Part shown: piece after piece, positions 10,631 to 21,604 of the stretch | How positions within the stretch are numbered: position 1 is the first letter of the stretch | Layout: every line of letters begins with the position of its first letter | From: an uncultured delta proteobacterium | GTDB lineage: Bacteria > Desulfobacterota > Desulfobacteria > Desulfobacterales > JAFDCJ01 | Reading direction: 5' to 3' | Assembly (NCBI GenBank): GCA_963769935.1 | Contig: CAVYNY010000010.1 | Span: 416,001-480,000 of the forward strand | Length of the DNA stretch: 64,000 bases | Position numbers and translations under genes: made by a program | The notes under the pieces: generated by a model | Database searches by the model: none | What the model was told of the DNA's origin: nothing | The model's input: the letters and a program-made list of their open reading frames with translations, nothing else

Positions 10631-12091
10631 TTACACTTTCCCGGCGATGGCCATGCCCAGCTCATGCACATCCGTTCGGGCGGATTCGATATCTTTGATG
10701 ATCCGGCCGTTAAAAAAAACCAGGACGCGGTCAGCCACCATGAGGATTTCATCAAGCTCGGAGGAGGAAAAAACAATGCTGGTCATGCGGCGGCAATAAT
10801 CTTGTAAATGCTGCCAGACCCAGATAACCGAGTCGACATCCAGGCCCCGGGTGGGATTTTCGAGCAGGAGCAATATCGGATTTTCCGGCAAAAAAGACAA
10901 CAGCAGCCGCTGCTGGTTGCCGCCGGATAAGGCGTCAACGCGGGAATCCGGGGTGCCTTTTATGCGGAAACTTTCGATGCGTTCGGCGGCCAGATTGCGC
11001 GCTTCCTCCCATTTGACCATAAATGTATTATGGTTTTGCTGAAGGGCAAAATGCTCGGTGATGCTCATGCCGGTAATCAATCCCTCCTCCAGGCGGGATG
11101 CCGGCATAAAGGTCACCCCACGGCGCTTGAAGGTATGATGATTCCGGCTGTCCATGGTGTGTCCTGCCAGTAGAATGGACCCGCTGGTGGCCGGTTGCAG
11201 GCCGCCGGCGACGCGCAGGAACACCCCCTGCCCGCTTCCTTCCAGGCCCGCCAGGCCGACAATCTCCCCCTGCCGGATGACTGTGCTGCAGTCTTTTAAG
11301 CCGCTGCGCCCGCCGGTACCGGACACATTTCTCATCGCCAGCACATCACGGCCGCGGGTTACAGCGATCCGTCCCGGCGGTATCGGCGGGGCCCCGAACA
11401 TCATCTGCATTAATCGATTCACGTCGAACGGCGGATCCATATCGCCCGTCACCCGGCCCTGACGCAGCACGGTCACCTCATCGCAAAGGGTTTGGACATC
11501 CTCCAGCTTGTGGGATACAAGGATGATACTTTTACCCTCGGTCGCCAATTGTTTGAGAGAATCAAAGAGGGTGGTTTTTTGAGTGCTGGATATACCGGTA
11601 GTCGGTTCATCCAGAATGAGTACCTGAATTCCCAAGGCCAGCAGTCTCAACAGCTCAAGTTGCTGTCTTTCACCGATGGTGAGGATTTTTACCGCTGCAT
11701 CGGCATCAAGCGCAAAGTTGAGAGATGCGGCAAGCTCAACAAAATATTTTCGAAAAGTCTTTTTATGGCCGGATATTCCCTCGGTTCGGCCCAGCCTGAA
11801 ATTGTCCAACACGGATAAAAGGGGAAAATCCAGTGGGTCCTGATAGAGCATACCGATTCCGAGTCCTGCCGCATGGGCCGGATCGCGGTAAGTAACCGGC
11901 TTTCCGTCAATTAAAATCGAACCGCTGGTTTTCTGGCTGAAACCGGCTAAAACTTTCATCAAGGTGCTTTTACCGGCGCCGTTTTCACCCAGGATACCGT
12001 GGATGCGGCCGGGAACAACCTTCAGGTTTATCCCGTTGTTGGCTTTTACCGGTCCGTAATGTTTGTGAATGTTTTGCAGCTCAATCTGCAT
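10631..12091 (-). CDS. ABC transporter ATP-binding protein (tandem NBD, sugar/nucleoside type)
   Basis: GENGAGKST, LDEPT, LSGGNQQ, ENPTRGLD; ATG at 12091. Confidence 0.93.
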   Translation of the reverse strand: MQIELQNIHKHYGPVKANNGINLKVVPGRIHGILGENGAGKSTLMKVLAGFSQKTSGSILIDGKPVTYRDPAHAAGLGIGMLYQDPLDFPLLSVLDNFRLGRTEGISGHKKTFRKYFVELAASLNFALDADAAVKILTIGERQQLELLRLLALGIQVLILDEPTTGISSTQKTTLFDSLKQLATEGKSIILVSHKLEDVQTLCDEVTVLRQGRVTGDMDPPFDVNRLMQMMFGAPPIPPGRIAVTRGRDVLAMRNVSGTGGRSGLKDCSTVIRQGEIVGLAGLEGSGQGVFLRVAGGLQPATSGSILLAGHTMDSRNHHTFKRRGVTFMPASRLEEGLITGMSITEHFALQQNHNTFMVKWEEARNLAAERIESFRIKGTPDSRVDALSGGNQQRLLLSFLPENPILLLLENPTRGLDVDSVIWVWQHLQDYCRRMTSIVFSSSELDEILMVADRVLVFFNGRIIKDIESARTDVHELGMAIAGKV

Positions 12092-12264
12092 AACAGGAGC
12101 CGTTTCCTCGACGCCGATACCAGGGTGGAAATTAAGTTGCTTAAATTGCGGGAAATAAAGATAAATACAAAGTGCAGAAGGTAGGGCACACCTTCTGCAC
12201 TTTGACAAGGCCTATAATTACAAGGTAGGCATGTTTGGCAATTACGCCTTTCAGAACATGCAAG

Positions 12265-13458
12265 CTATTTGGCGCTGCTTTGCCCTTCCATTCCCTCCAG
12301 GAGTTGCCCCATGTACCAGATCTGCTTGTCGCTGGCCACTTCACCGGCTTTGACAAATGTGCTGCCGTCCTGATAATTCAAGGGCCCCTTAAACAGATTG
12401 ACTTTCCCCGCGCCGAGATCCCGGATGAATCCATCCAGCGCATTTTTGGCAGACGTTGACAATGCCGGACCGGCCACAAACCCTACCGTACTGGTGTCCG
12501 GATTGTTAATGTCCTTCCAGTCAGGACCCAACCAGTCCCATTCGGATTTCCAGTCTCCCGCCATAGCGGCTTTGATAAATTTGACATACCCCGGTCCCCA
12601 ATTAAAAAATGGTACACCGAGGCAGACATCGGCTGCACCTTCACAGGCACCGACGTAGTCGTAAGGGATCGCCCAGACATCTTTGCCTTCCTGTTTCTTC
12701 TGGCGGGCCACCACCAGGGCCTCCGTCGTGTCAATACCCGATAGCACCACATCAAAACCGGTGTTGAAAAAATTTTGGGCCACTTGGGTGGGATCGGCCG
12801 TCACCCCCGGAATATTAAACCAGAATCCGATCCAGGTGACCTGAAATTTCAAATCCTTAGCCGGCTTTTTGAGCACGGTCTCCCATGCATATTTGGCGCC
12901 TAAATATGCGGAAGCGGCCAAACGGCGGGTCTCTTCATTGACCAGGGGGCCCAGATAGCCGATTTTTCCGGTTTTGGTTGACATGGCGGCCGCAAAGCCG
13001 GCCATCATTTTACCATATACCATCTTGCCCATCAGATTGCTGAGATTTTTGGGCGCCTTGCCGGTCAGCACATCATCCCCCGAAATATGAATGAAATACG
13101 TATCCGGATGCATCAATGCCGCTTCGCGCGTCCCATCTTTCATATCATCTGAGTTGGCAATAATTAACTTCGCCCCCTTTTCCACCATGTCATCGACCAA
13201 CTGCGGGATCGTAACGCCGGGTCGATCGGCCGGGTTTACCTTGTCGATATAGATCATTTTGGTACCGGGTACCCGTCTTTCAACATACTTGCCGGCGTCA
13301 TAATGCGCTTGACTGTATCCGCGGTCATTGTAGGGACCGACAAGCAACAATCCGAAAATCATCGGGTTATCGGCACCAAAAGCAGGTCTTGGCGGGGTCA
13401 AGTTGAGCGGTACCAAAAAAGAGATAATCAGCAATCCCCAAAATAGTTTTTTTACCAT
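12265..13458 (-). CDS. BMP family ABC transporter substrate-binding protein
   Basis: Signal peptide; GPYNDRGYSQAH; KTGKIGYLG; first gene of the ABC operon. Confidence 0.88.
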   Translation of the reverse strand: MVKKLFWGLLIISFLVPLNLTPPRPAFGADNPMIFGLLLVGPYNDRGYSQAHYDAGKYVERRVPGTKMIYIDKVNPADRPGVTIPQLVDDMVEKGAKLIIANSDDMKDGTREAALMHPDTYFIHISGDDVLTGKAPKNLSNLMGKMVYGKMMAGFAAAMSTKTGKIGYLGPLVNEETRRLAASAYLGAKYAWETVLKKPAKDLKFQVTWIGFWFNIPGVTADPTQVAQNFFNTGFDVVLSGIDTTEALVVARQKKQEGKDVWAIPYDYVGACEGAADVCLGVPFFNWGPGYVKFIKAAMAGDWKSEWDWLGPDWKDINNPDTSTVGFVAGPALSTSAKNALDGFIRDLGAGKVNLFKGPLNYQDGSTFVKAGEVASDKQIWYMGQLLEGMEGQSSAK

Positions 13459-13815
13459 AAGAGTTCCTCCTTAATTATTATATTGCACCTCAAAATCCCA
13501 ATGCTGCAAAGTTCCGCGCAGTTTGGCTGCCAGCCAGCCTCGTTTCCCTAAATTTTACCAGGCGTGTGCACCTATATAAGGAAAAGGTCATCCCGGGTCA
13601 AGAAGGAAGAGGCGCAATTTTAAAAAAAGCCTTTTAAGCGCGATTTGTTCTGAATAATAATTCAAGCAGGATATTAAAAGCCGGCATGGATAGCAGGGGA
13701 ATGACACGCGAAAAATCCTGGAAGAGATGCTGGAAACGTACCAAACTGGTTCGATCGAGTACCAGGCATATATTTTGGGAGGCTTTATCGAGGAACAATT
13801 AATCCGGCTTCGTTT

Positions 13816-14163
13816 TCATTCGTGCCCTTCTTTTCTTAAAAGCGCCTGGTGCCAGCGAACGAACTCGTACATGCCGATAAAGCGCTCATCGTCATTGACG
13901 ATGCCCAAAGCCATTTCAAGGACCCCTCTGGCGTAGGCATTGCTGTACCCTTCAGAACTTCGCGATTGCAGAAATTCCCTCACCAACATCTGAGTTGTGC
14001 GCTCGGATTTATCTTTGCGAATATCGATCGGATCTTTGGGTTCTTCAAAGGGGTCCCATTTATCATAACCTTTTTTAAGGATATGTTTCTGCCGTCGCGG
14101 CGACATGCAGTCAAATATCGCTTTTTTCCGCACTTCAGCTTCTTCAGAAGAAGATTCAATCAT
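13816..14163 (-). CDS. Hypothetical protein
   Basis: 115-aa ORF coupled (ATGA overlap) to the upstream Cys-cluster gene. Confidence 0.7.
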   Translation of the reverse strand: MIESSSEEAEVRKKAIFDCMSPRRQKHILKKGYDKWDPFEEPKDPIDIRKDKSERTTQMLVREFLQSRSSEGYSNAYARGVLEMALGIVNDDERFIGMYEFVRWHQALLRKEGHE

Positions 14164-14852
14164 TTCTTGGTCCTCGATCGACGTTGGCGGGATATTTTTT
14201 CTTCCGGTTCGTCAGCAATTCCCAGGTATACCTCATCAAAATCCATTATCACAGCGGACGATAACGGTACGAGCAAATCCGCCAGTTTGATATTCTTTGA
14301 TTTAATGTCCCGCAGCAATTCGGCAGAAATCTGTTGCAGCCGGCCGTGCACGGCATCCAGGTTAATCGTTGGATATTGCTCCCCCTGTTCGAAGCCCGAC
14401 TTGCCGCAGGTATGTCCGGCGCCGCCAATAGCAGTCGGAATGCCGTAAAAGCGACAGGTTAACGGTCGATATTCATAAAGGGCGCACAGATCTTTATCAT
14501 TCAAAAGCGGGCAGCGAACGCGCTCGAACGCCATTTCAGCCAGGATTTCGCCCTCGTTTTTGCCGGACTGAAGATCCCGGTATGCCTGGCGCTTGATTTT
14601 GTAAATTCGACGATCCGCGCGGTTGGCTTTTTCTAAAAATTCGACCTTGTGGGAACCTTTAAATTTCTCATTGAAGTGGTGATGAATATAAAGGGCTTCG
14701 ATCAACGTCAGGTCAAAAAGGGCAAAACAGCAGTCCGCACATTTTTCCGCACACTTTACACAATCGCGGTGGGCCTTCTTGACCCGGTCAAATGCCGCAT
14801 CAGCTGTTGCCACCAGAGCTTCGTATTTTTCAAAATAAGGTGTCAGATCCAT
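14160..14852 (-). CDS. YkgJ family cysteine-cluster (Zn/Fe-chelating) protein
   Basis: CAEKCADCC, RCPLL, CALYEYRPLTCRFYG. Confidence 0.88.
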   Translation of the reverse strand: MDLTPYFEKYEALVATADAAFDRVKKAHRDCVKCAEKCADCCFALFDLTLIEALYIHHHFNEKFKGSHKVEFLEKANRADRRIYKIKRQAYRDLQSGKNEGEILAEMAFERVRCPLLNDKDLCALYEYRPLTCRFYGIPTAIGGAGHTCGKSGFEQGEQYPTINLDAVHGRLQQISAELLRDIKSKNIKLADLLVPLSSAVIMDFDEVYLGIADEPEEKISRQRRSRTKK

Positions 14853-14880
14853 GTTGCCGGTAATTCTCCTCTCTCTTTAA

Positions 14881-14896
14881 TGTTTCACGTGAAACA
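14881..14896. promoter_or_regulatory. parS site (ParB binding)
   Basis: Perfect palindrome TGTTTCACGTGAAACA, the canonical parS consensus, right after the mnmE stop. Confidence 0.9.
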
Positions 14897-14897
14897 T

Positions 14898-16325
14898 TTA
14901 CTTTCCAATACAAAAGCGGCTGAAGATTTGATCAAGCACATCCACTTTTACGGAAGTTCCGAGTATCTGCCCCAGGGCTTCAATTGCATCCTGCAGGTGA
15001 ATGGCAATCAGCTCCAGAGGATGTCCGTTTACCAGTTGTCGTTCGATGGCCTCAGCGGCCTTGAGAGTATCTGCCAGGAGCAGTTTTTGCCTTAAGTTGG
15101 GTATAATTTTTTCATCGATGTCGATAGGGTTGTTACCGAAAGCCGTCGCCACAATCTGCTCCTTCAAAAAATCAAGGCCGCGGTCATACAAGGCCGAAAT
15201 TCGCACACCGTCAATGGACCCCCACTCAGCGGGGATTGCGAGGCAATCAGCGGCATTTACCAGATCGATTTTGTTAATCACAACGATGGTCGGCTTGGAC
15301 TTTACCTGCTCAAATATTTTATGGTCTTCGGCCGCTAAAGCACAGCTGGCTTCCACCACCAAAAGAATCAGATCGGCCCGTCGAATACTTTCCAGAGCTT
15401 TTTCGATGCCGATGGTTTCTATGGGATCGGCGGTCGTATGCAGTCCGGCGGTATCGACCAGAACAACCGGATAGCCCTTGATATTCAGCGACTCTTCAAT
15501 GGTATCCCGGGTCGTTCCCGGCAAGGCGGTGACAATGGCCCGTTCCTTTTGAAGCAGGCAATTGAGCAAACTCGATTTGCCCACATTGGGACGACCGACC
15601 ACCGCCACCTTCAATCCCTCGCGCAGGACATTCCCTTCAATATGCTGCTCAATTAGGCTTTGCAGAGGCCTGGTCACCTGGGCTCGAAGCCCGGCGACGG
15701 CGGCTTTTGGATCAACGATCTCCGCCACATCATCCGGAAAATCAATGCCGGCTTCCGTCCGGGTCAAAAGCTCGATTAAATACGCCCGGATCAGCTCCAC
15801 CTGTCTTTTCAAATTCCCGGTTACCTGGCCTGCCGCCATGAACAAAGATTTAGCGGTGCGGGCGTTGATAACGTCAATGACCGCTTCGGCCTGGGTCAAA
15901 TCGATCCGGCCGTTCAAAAAAGCCCTTTTGGTGAACTCGCCCGGATCGGCAAGCCGCGCCCCGCATTTTAACACCAGTTCAAGGATGGCCTGGACTGCAA
16001 CCTGGCCGCCGTGGGCATTGATTTCAACGACATCCTCCCGGGTGTAGGAGCGCGGTGCTTTCATCACGGACAGCAAGACCTCATCCAACATCCTCCCTGT
16101 CGCGGGATCGTAGATATGGCCATAGTACAATCGATGGGATTTGAAGCCCTTACCCGCGCTAACGATGAAAGACCGGGAGAGGCCAGCCCGACTCAGATGT
16201 CCGCCTTCCGAGGGAGAAAAAATAGCCGAGGCAATTGCAAGGGCATTGGATCCGGATAATTTAATAATTCCGATTCCACCCCGGCCGCCGGAGGTGGCGA
16301 TGGCCGCAATAGTGGAATTTTCCAT
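14898..16325 (-). CDS. mnmE: tRNA modification GTPase MnmE
   Basis: TIAAIAT, SYTREDVVEINAHGG, GRPNVGKSS, GTTRD, DTAG, NKID, FSRFCIGK. Confidence 0.97.
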   Translation of the reverse strand: MENSTIAAIATSGGRGGIGIIKLSGSNALAIASAIFSPSEGGHLSRAGLSRSFIVSAGKGFKSHRLYYGHIYDPATGRMLDEVLLSVMKAPRSYTREDVVEINAHGGQVAVQAILELVLKCGARLADPGEFTKRAFLNGRIDLTQAEAVIDVINARTAKSLFMAAGQVTGNLKRQVELIRAYLIELLTRTEAGIDFPDDVAEIVDPKAAVAGLRAQVTRPLQSLIEQHIEGNVLREGLKVAVVGRPNVGKSSLLNCLLQKERAIVTALPGTTRDTIEESLNIKGYPVVLVDTAGLHTTADPIETIGIEKALESIRRADLILLVVEASCALAAEDHKIFEQVKSKPTIVVINKIDLVNAADCLAIPAEWGSIDGVRISALYDRGLDFLKEQIVATAFGNNPIDIDEKIIPNLRQKLLLADTLKAAEAIERQLVNGHPLELIAIHLQDAIEALGQILGTSVKVDVLDQIFSRFCIGK

Positions 16326-16330
16326 GTTTC

Positions 16331-17134
16331 CTAGGAGTCCAACGGCTGCCTGGGCAGGTGATTTTTTTTGGGGAAGATAGTCAATTTCCGCACGTAGCCT
16401 TCTCCCCTGCTTTTAGTTTGAACATCCGGGTCGCTTTTTAAGGCCAGATGCACGATGCGGCGATCATAAGCACTCATCGGCCCCAGTGATATCGGCTTGC
16501 GGATTCGTTTGGATTTTTCTGCCAGACGAACGGCCAGTTTTTCCAGATTGACCCGGCGGGTCTCGAGATAGCCCTCGACATCCACCTGAACCCGAATTTT
16601 TTCGTGGTTGTTATGATGCTTGTTGACGATTTTTTCGACAAGGGATTGAATGGCTTCAAGGGTTTGTCCCTTTTTCCCTATCAGGGCGGCCGGATTGCCG
16701 CCGGCAACATTCAACCGGATCCGCTCCGAACTTTCTTCGGTCGATATCTTCGCATCGGGAGCGATGCAGTCCACGATGTGCTGTAAGACAGTCCGCCCGA
16801 GTTCCAGCGGGTTTTCCGGAAGGGCATATTGCAACTGCGCATCGGAATCCCGGTTCTCAAGGGAATGAGCTTCCTCCGAGACTCCATCGCCGGAAGGTTC
16901 GTCTTCGCGTTTCAAATTTCCCGACGGCGATTCACTTACCGTGGCCGCCGCCTGCGCCGGTTGCGGTAATGTGACTCGAATCCTGGCTTTTTTAGCACCT
17001 GCCAACCCGAATATCCCGCTGGATCCGTAGGAAAGGACATCGTACTTGATTTCATCCTGGGTTATGTTTAGCTGTTTACATGCTTTTTTAACGGCTTTGT
17101 CTACATTTTTATCCTCGAATTCAAACGAAGACAT
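16331..17134 (-). CDS. jag: RNA-binding protein Jag/KhpB (Jag_N, KH, R3H)
   Basis: LIGKKGQTLEAIQ (KH), RRIVH (R3H); lies between yidC and mnmE; GGAGG before ATG 17134. Confidence 0.93.
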   Translation of the reverse strand: MSSFEFEDKNVDKAVKKACKQLNITQDEIKYDVLSYGSSGIFGLAGAKKARIRVTLPQPAQAAATVSESPSGNLKREDEPSGDGVSEEAHSLENRDSDAQLQYALPENPLELGRTVLQHIVDCIAPDAKISTEESSERIRLNVAGGNPAALIGKKGQTLEAIQSLVEKIVNKHHNNHEKIRVQVDVEGYLETRRVNLEKLAVRLAEKSKRIRKPISLGPMSAYDRRIVHLALKSDPDVQTKSRGEGYVRKLTIFPKKNHLPRQPLDS

Positions 17135-17152
17135 TTGTGTCAACCTCCGTTA

Positions 17153-18826
17153 TCAGGCAAATTTTTTCTGAATATAATATTGCTGCGCGATCGAAAGAAT
17201 GTTGTTCACCAACCAGTAAAGCACCAACCCGGAGGAAAAGTTGATGAAAATAACCGTAAAAATAAGCGGCATGAACATCATCATCTTGGCTTGGGTCGGA
17301 TCCCCCATGGGGGGAGACATTTTTTGCTGCAACAGCATTGTGGCGCCCATGATAATTGTCAGGACCGGAATGCCGTAAGGGGGTTCCATAAACGGTATAT
17401 GGGAGACGTTAAACCGAAACAACCGATCGGGGGCGGACAGGTCATCAATCCACAGGAAGAAAGGTGCATGCCGCAGTTCGATGGCCTGATACAGCATCCG
17501 GTAAAGAGCGAAAAACACCGGCAGTTGAACCACCATGGGCAGACAGCCCCCCAGAGGATTTATCTTATAGGTCTTGTATAGATTCATGACCTCTTCATTC
17601 ATCTTTTTCTTGTCATCTTTGTATTTCTCCCGGATATCCTTCATCAATGGCTGGATCTTTTTCATTTCGCTCATCGATTTATAGCTCTTCGATCCAAGAG
17701 GCCACAAAACGAGCTTGATCAGGATCGTTAGTATAATAATCGCAATGCCGTAGTTGGGAATGACGCTGTAAAGTTTGTTCATCAGCCAAACGCAGGGCTT
17801 GGCGAGAAAATCAAACATTCCGAAATTTAAAGCCTTGCCGAGATCATGACCGGCATCTCCCAGAATTGTCATGCTCTTGGGTCCGAAAAAGAGCAAATAG
17901 CGGTAGCTATGCTGCCCACCGGGACCAAAGCTAGCTTGCGGCGATAAATATTCGGCCTCTATCAGATCTTCGCCCTCTAATTTAAGATGCATGCTGGCGT
18001 CGCCGGATTGCTCGGGGATGACGCTCATCATGAAATATCGATCCTGCAGGGCGATCCATTTGACATTTCCCGAATAGGTATTTTTTTTGGCGATATCTTT
18101 GATCTTGATCTCGTCAAGCTTTTTGTCGATCAATACGCTGGGCCCTTCAAATCCGTACCTCAGCTTCTCATTGGGCAGCGGGCTGTTCAGCGCTACAAAC
18201 AGCTGGTCCTCGAAAGATCGCTCCGATCCGTTGTCAATGGCAACATCAAGCCCGATCAGGTAGGAGTTCGGTGAAAATTTATAAGTCTTTTGCACCACAA
18301 CGCCATCGCTGGATTTCCAATAAAAAGAGACCTCTTGGGCGGCATCCGCAATGTGAATATCATCTGCCGTAAGGTTTGTTGAAAAAACCGCCTTGTCAAG
18401 GCCGGGCAGGCTATTTCCGGCGAAGCCGGTTAATACGGTCTCGATTGAATCTTTGCTGGGCAGCAATTCTTTTAAAGGAGAATTTTTCTGAACCGTGTCG
18501 CGGTATTTTTTCAAAACAAAGCTGGTAACCCCGGCCCCCTTCTCCGATAGTTTAACCCTATAATAAGGTGTATCCACGGTAATGGTGCGCGGAATCCTGG
18601 CAGGCTTGGAAACCGGTGTTTCCGTGGCTGCTGTTTTTTCAGATGCGACAATCCCCGACTCCGGAGGGTTGGCTTCGGCTTGTTTTAGCGGCTCCTCTTT
18701 GACCGGTGGCTGCTGGACCTTTTGGGCAGATTTTTGACCGGCCTGTTTGTCAACAAAAAAAACCTGCCACAGCAGAAAAACCAGTACGCACAGGACAATA
18801 GCAATTACCAAACGCGCTTGTTCCAT
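17153..18826 (-). CDS. yidC: Membrane protein insertase YidC
   Basis: NYGIAIIILT, INPLGGCLP, WIDDLSAPD, GLVLYWLVNN. Confidence 0.97.
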   Translation of the reverse strand: MEQARLVIAIVLCVLVFLLWQVFFVDKQAGQKSAQKVQQPPVKEEPLKQAEANPPESGIVASEKTAATETPVSKPARIPRTITVDTPYYRVKLSEKGAGVTSFVLKKYRDTVQKNSPLKELLPSKDSIETVLTGFAGNSLPGLDKAVFSTNLTADDIHIADAAQEVSFYWKSSDGVVVQKTYKFSPNSYLIGLDVAIDNGSERSFEDQLFVALNSPLPNEKLRYGFEGPSVLIDKKLDEIKIKDIAKKNTYSGNVKWIALQDRYFMMSVIPEQSGDASMHLKLEGEDLIEAEYLSPQASFGPGGQHSYRYLLFFGPKSMTILGDAGHDLGKALNFGMFDFLAKPCVWLMNKLYSVIPNYGIAIIILTILIKLVLWPLGSKSYKSMSEMKKIQPLMKDIREKYKDDKKKMNEEVMNLYKTYKINPLGGCLPMVVQLPVFFALYRMLYQAIELRHAPFFLWIDDLSAPDRLFRFNVSHIPFMEPPYGIPVLTIIMGATMLLQQKMSPPMGDPTQAKMMMFMPLIFTVIFINFSSGLVLYWLVNNILSIAQQYYIQKKFA

Positions 18827-19075
18827 TGTCTTCTCCTAATAAATCCCAATTAGCTAAAGTAAAAAGTTTTGTCCGCCGAATGTCGAATCCGAATTTATTC
18901 GATTAAACGGGGCTAGTTGTCTGTGGATTGACCTACAGGAGGGCTGGGAAGAATCAATACTAACAGGGCTCATTTTTAGCGATCAATTCCTTAACAAATG
19001 CATTTTCGGCCAATATTACGCTTTGGCTGAAGGGCCCGCCCAGGTCTGCCGCTTGGTTTGTTCTCACCGTTCGCG

Positions 19076-19306
19076 CTAAGGAACAGGATCAACACCACCG
19101 GGATGAAATGGATGGCAGCGCAAAATCCTTTTAACCGCTAAAAACGAACCTTTTACCGGGCCGTGACGCAAAATCGCCTGGTAGGCATACTCGGAACAAC
19201 TGGGATAGAATCGACACGCAGGCCCCAGAAGTGGTGAGAGCGTAAATTGATACACCCTGATTAAACTTAAAAAAACGATTTGAAAAAATTCTTTAATGAT
19301 TATCAT
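19076..19306 (-). CDS. yidD: Membrane protein insertion efficiency factor YidD
   Basis: [27 protein letters not shown]. Confidence 0.95.
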   Translation of the reverse strand: MIIIKEFFQIVFLSLIRVYQFTLSPLLGPACRFYPSCSEYAYQAILRHGPVKGSFLAVKRILRCHPFHPGGVDPVP

Positions 19307-19646
19307 AGCCCGTTATGCGGCCCAAAATTTCCTGCAAGGATCGGTAAGCCTTTTCGGAAGAAAGATCGGCGGCCTGCCTTTTAGCAATAATGCTGATGTC
19401 CCGATTCCCTGCTAAACAATGCCGTTTTAATCGAAAAAATTCGCGCACAAGCCGCTTGATTCTGTTTCGTTTGACCGCTGGTCCAACCTTTTTGGTGACG
19501 GTTATACCGATTCGTGATCTGCCCTGCCGATCAGCGGAAAAATAAGTAATGAAATGTTCATTTTGGATCCGCCGACCGAATTTTGACAGGGCGAGGTACT
19601 CACGTCGCCGTAAGAGCCGGTCGGCCTTCGTGAGGGAAAAACGCAA
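19293..19646 (-). CDS. rnpA: Ribonuclease P protein component
   Basis: [25 protein letters not shown] (RNR motif); synteny. Confidence 0.95.
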   Translation of the reverse strand: MRFSLTKADRLLRRREYLALSKFGRRIQNEHFITYFSADRQGRSRIGITVTKKVGPAVKRNRIKRLVREFFRLKRHCLAGNRDISIIAKRQAADLSSEKAYRSLQEILGRITGYDNH

Positions 19647-19725
19647 CGGTCAAGCCTTCCGCTTAGCGGTTTGGAAATTTGATTCGACGCGGTTTCAAAG
19701 CTGCATTAAACCTTTACTGATTGAT

Positions 19726-19860
19726 CTAACCGGCCAGACGAACCCTGCCCTTGGCTCGGCGCCGGTTGATGATTCTTCTTCCCTGCTTGGTAGACATTCG
19801 TTTGAGAAAACCATGATTTCTGGCCCGTTTTAATCTGCTGGGCTGAAAAGTTCGTTTCAT
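19726..19860 (-). CDS. rpmH: 50S ribosomal protein L34 (not in ORF track)
   Basis: Manual translation [44 protein letters not shown]. Confidence 0.97.
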   Translation of the reverse strand: MKRTFQPSRLKRARNHGFLKRMSTKQGRRIINRRRAKGRVRLAG

Positions 19861-20068
19861 AGTAAAAATTCCTTATTCCGATTGGATTAATTTTTAGCAC
19901 CTTAAACCCAAGAAATAAAACATAAGCGGGATTTCTTGTCAAGAATAAATATAGGGAGCGTAGGAAAAAGGACTTGGCTCGGCCATTTGGATCACGGGAT
20001 CTGCGTTTAATAACGGCCCCGGCAGGAGCCGCTTTCCCCAAGCTCGGTCTCGGAAAAAGCGTAGGCGC

Positions 20069-21604
20069 TTACGGGTCCTGAACTTCAAAGATGTCGAATT
20101 GTTCCATGTGAAATTCAGGATTGGGATAAATAACAATCTGTTTGCCGATATTCCGCTCAAGATTGGCGATCAGCAAATTTTCCTGCCCGAGAAACAATTC
20201 AGCAATCTGCGGATTGACCCGCAGCGTCAGGCGGGTGCCGTCCATATCATGCGCATCCCGCAGGATTTCGCGATAGATAGTATTGCAAATGGACTGTCGG
20301 GAGACCAGATAACCTTCGCCCTCGCAATAAAAGCACGGTTCACAGAGAATCCGTGTCAAAGGTTCCCGCGTCCGCTTGCGGGTCATCTGGATGAGTCCCA
20401 TTTCAGACATCGGCAGGACATGGGTTTTGCTTTTATCTTTTTTGAGCGCCTCCCTGAGCGCATTAAAGATTTTTTCCTGATTGGATTTTTTCTCCATATC
20501 GATAAAATCAATAATGATGATGCCCCCGAGATCTCTGAGCCTGATTTGATAAGCAATTTCTTTAACCGCTTCCAGATTGGTTTTTAAGATGGTTTCTTCC
20601 AGGTTATGCTTCCCGACATACCGTCCGGTGTTGACGTCGATGGCAACCAGGGCTTCGGTGTGTTCGATCAAAATGTAACCGCCGGATTTCAGCCAGACTT
20701 TTCTTTTCAGCGCACGAGAAATGTCGCCTTCGAGATTATAGGCATCAAATACCGGCTCCGAGCCATCATATAAAACGACATGGTCTTTCAGATTGGGCAT
20801 GAAGTTGTCCAGGAAAGATAAAATTGCATGATAGGTGGGTTTGGCGTCGACCACCACTTTTTCGACTTCCTGAATTAAAAGATCCCGCACCGCCCGCAAA
20901 CTGATGGAAAGTTCCTGGTGCATGAGAGACGGCGCCGGGGCAGTTTCAAATTTTTTCTGGAGATTTTTCCACAGATTATTCAAAAATCCCATTTCGTAGG
21001 CCAGCTTTTCTTCCTGCTCACCTTCCGCTGCGGTCCTCACAATATAACCAAAATCCTCGGTTCTTAATTTTTGCACCAGTCGTTTTAGGCGATCCCGCTC
21101 GGCTTCATCTTCGATGCGCCGGGAAATGCCGATGTGATCGGAAGTCGGCATTAAAACCAAAAAGCGGCCCGGCATGGATATATAGGAGGAAATACGGGCG
21201 CCCTTGGTTCCCATGGGTGATTTGGCAACCTGAACCAGAACTTCCTGGCCTTCATAAATAAGCTCTTCAATGTTAAATTCACGCCTTTTGGAAAATTTCG
21301 GGCTGGATCCATTTTCAGGGTCGTCATTATCCATCTCGGATTCAACATTGAATAATCGCTCATATTCTCTGAAATCATCGTAGAAGACATCATCAACGTA
21401 AATGAACGCCGCCTGATTCAGCCCGATATTCACAAAAGCGGCCTGCATGCCGGGCAAAACCCGCAGCACTTTGCCTTTATAAACATTGCCGACAATATTG
21501 GAGTCATCACCGCGGTCAACATAAAGTTCGGCAATGGTGCCGTCTTCCAGCAGCGCCACCCGGGTTTCGTGTTGCGCGACATTAATGATGAGTTGCTTGT
21601 ACAT
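20069..21604 (-). CDS. rng: Rne/Rng family ribonuclease (RNase G)
   Basis: VGNVYKGKV..VLPGMQAAFVNIG, IDVNTG, GGIIIIDFIDM, CFYCEGEG. Confidence 0.93.
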   Translation of the reverse strand: MYKQLIINVAQHETRVALLEDGTIAELYVDRGDDSNIVGNVYKGKVLRVLPGMQAAFVNIGLNQAAFIYVDDVFYDDFREYERLFNVESEMDNDDPENGSSPKFSKRREFNIEELIYEGQEVLVQVAKSPMGTKGARISSYISMPGRFLVLMPTSDHIGISRRIEDEAERDRLKRLVQKLRTEDFGYIVRTAAEGEQEEKLAYEMGFLNNLWKNLQKKFETAPAPSLMHQELSISLRAVRDLLIQEVEKVVVDAKPTYHAILSFLDNFMPNLKDHVVLYDGSEPVFDAYNLEGDISRALKRKVWLKSGGYILIEHTEALVAIDVNTGRYVGKHNLEETILKTNLEAVKEIAYQIRLRDLGGIIIIDFIDMEKKSNQEKIFNALREALKKDKSKTHVLPMSEMGLIQMTRKRTREPLTRILCEPCFYCEGEGYLVSRQSICNTIYREILRDAHDMDGTRLTLRVNPQIAELFLGQENLLIANLERNIGKQIVIYPNPEFHMEQFDIFEVQDP

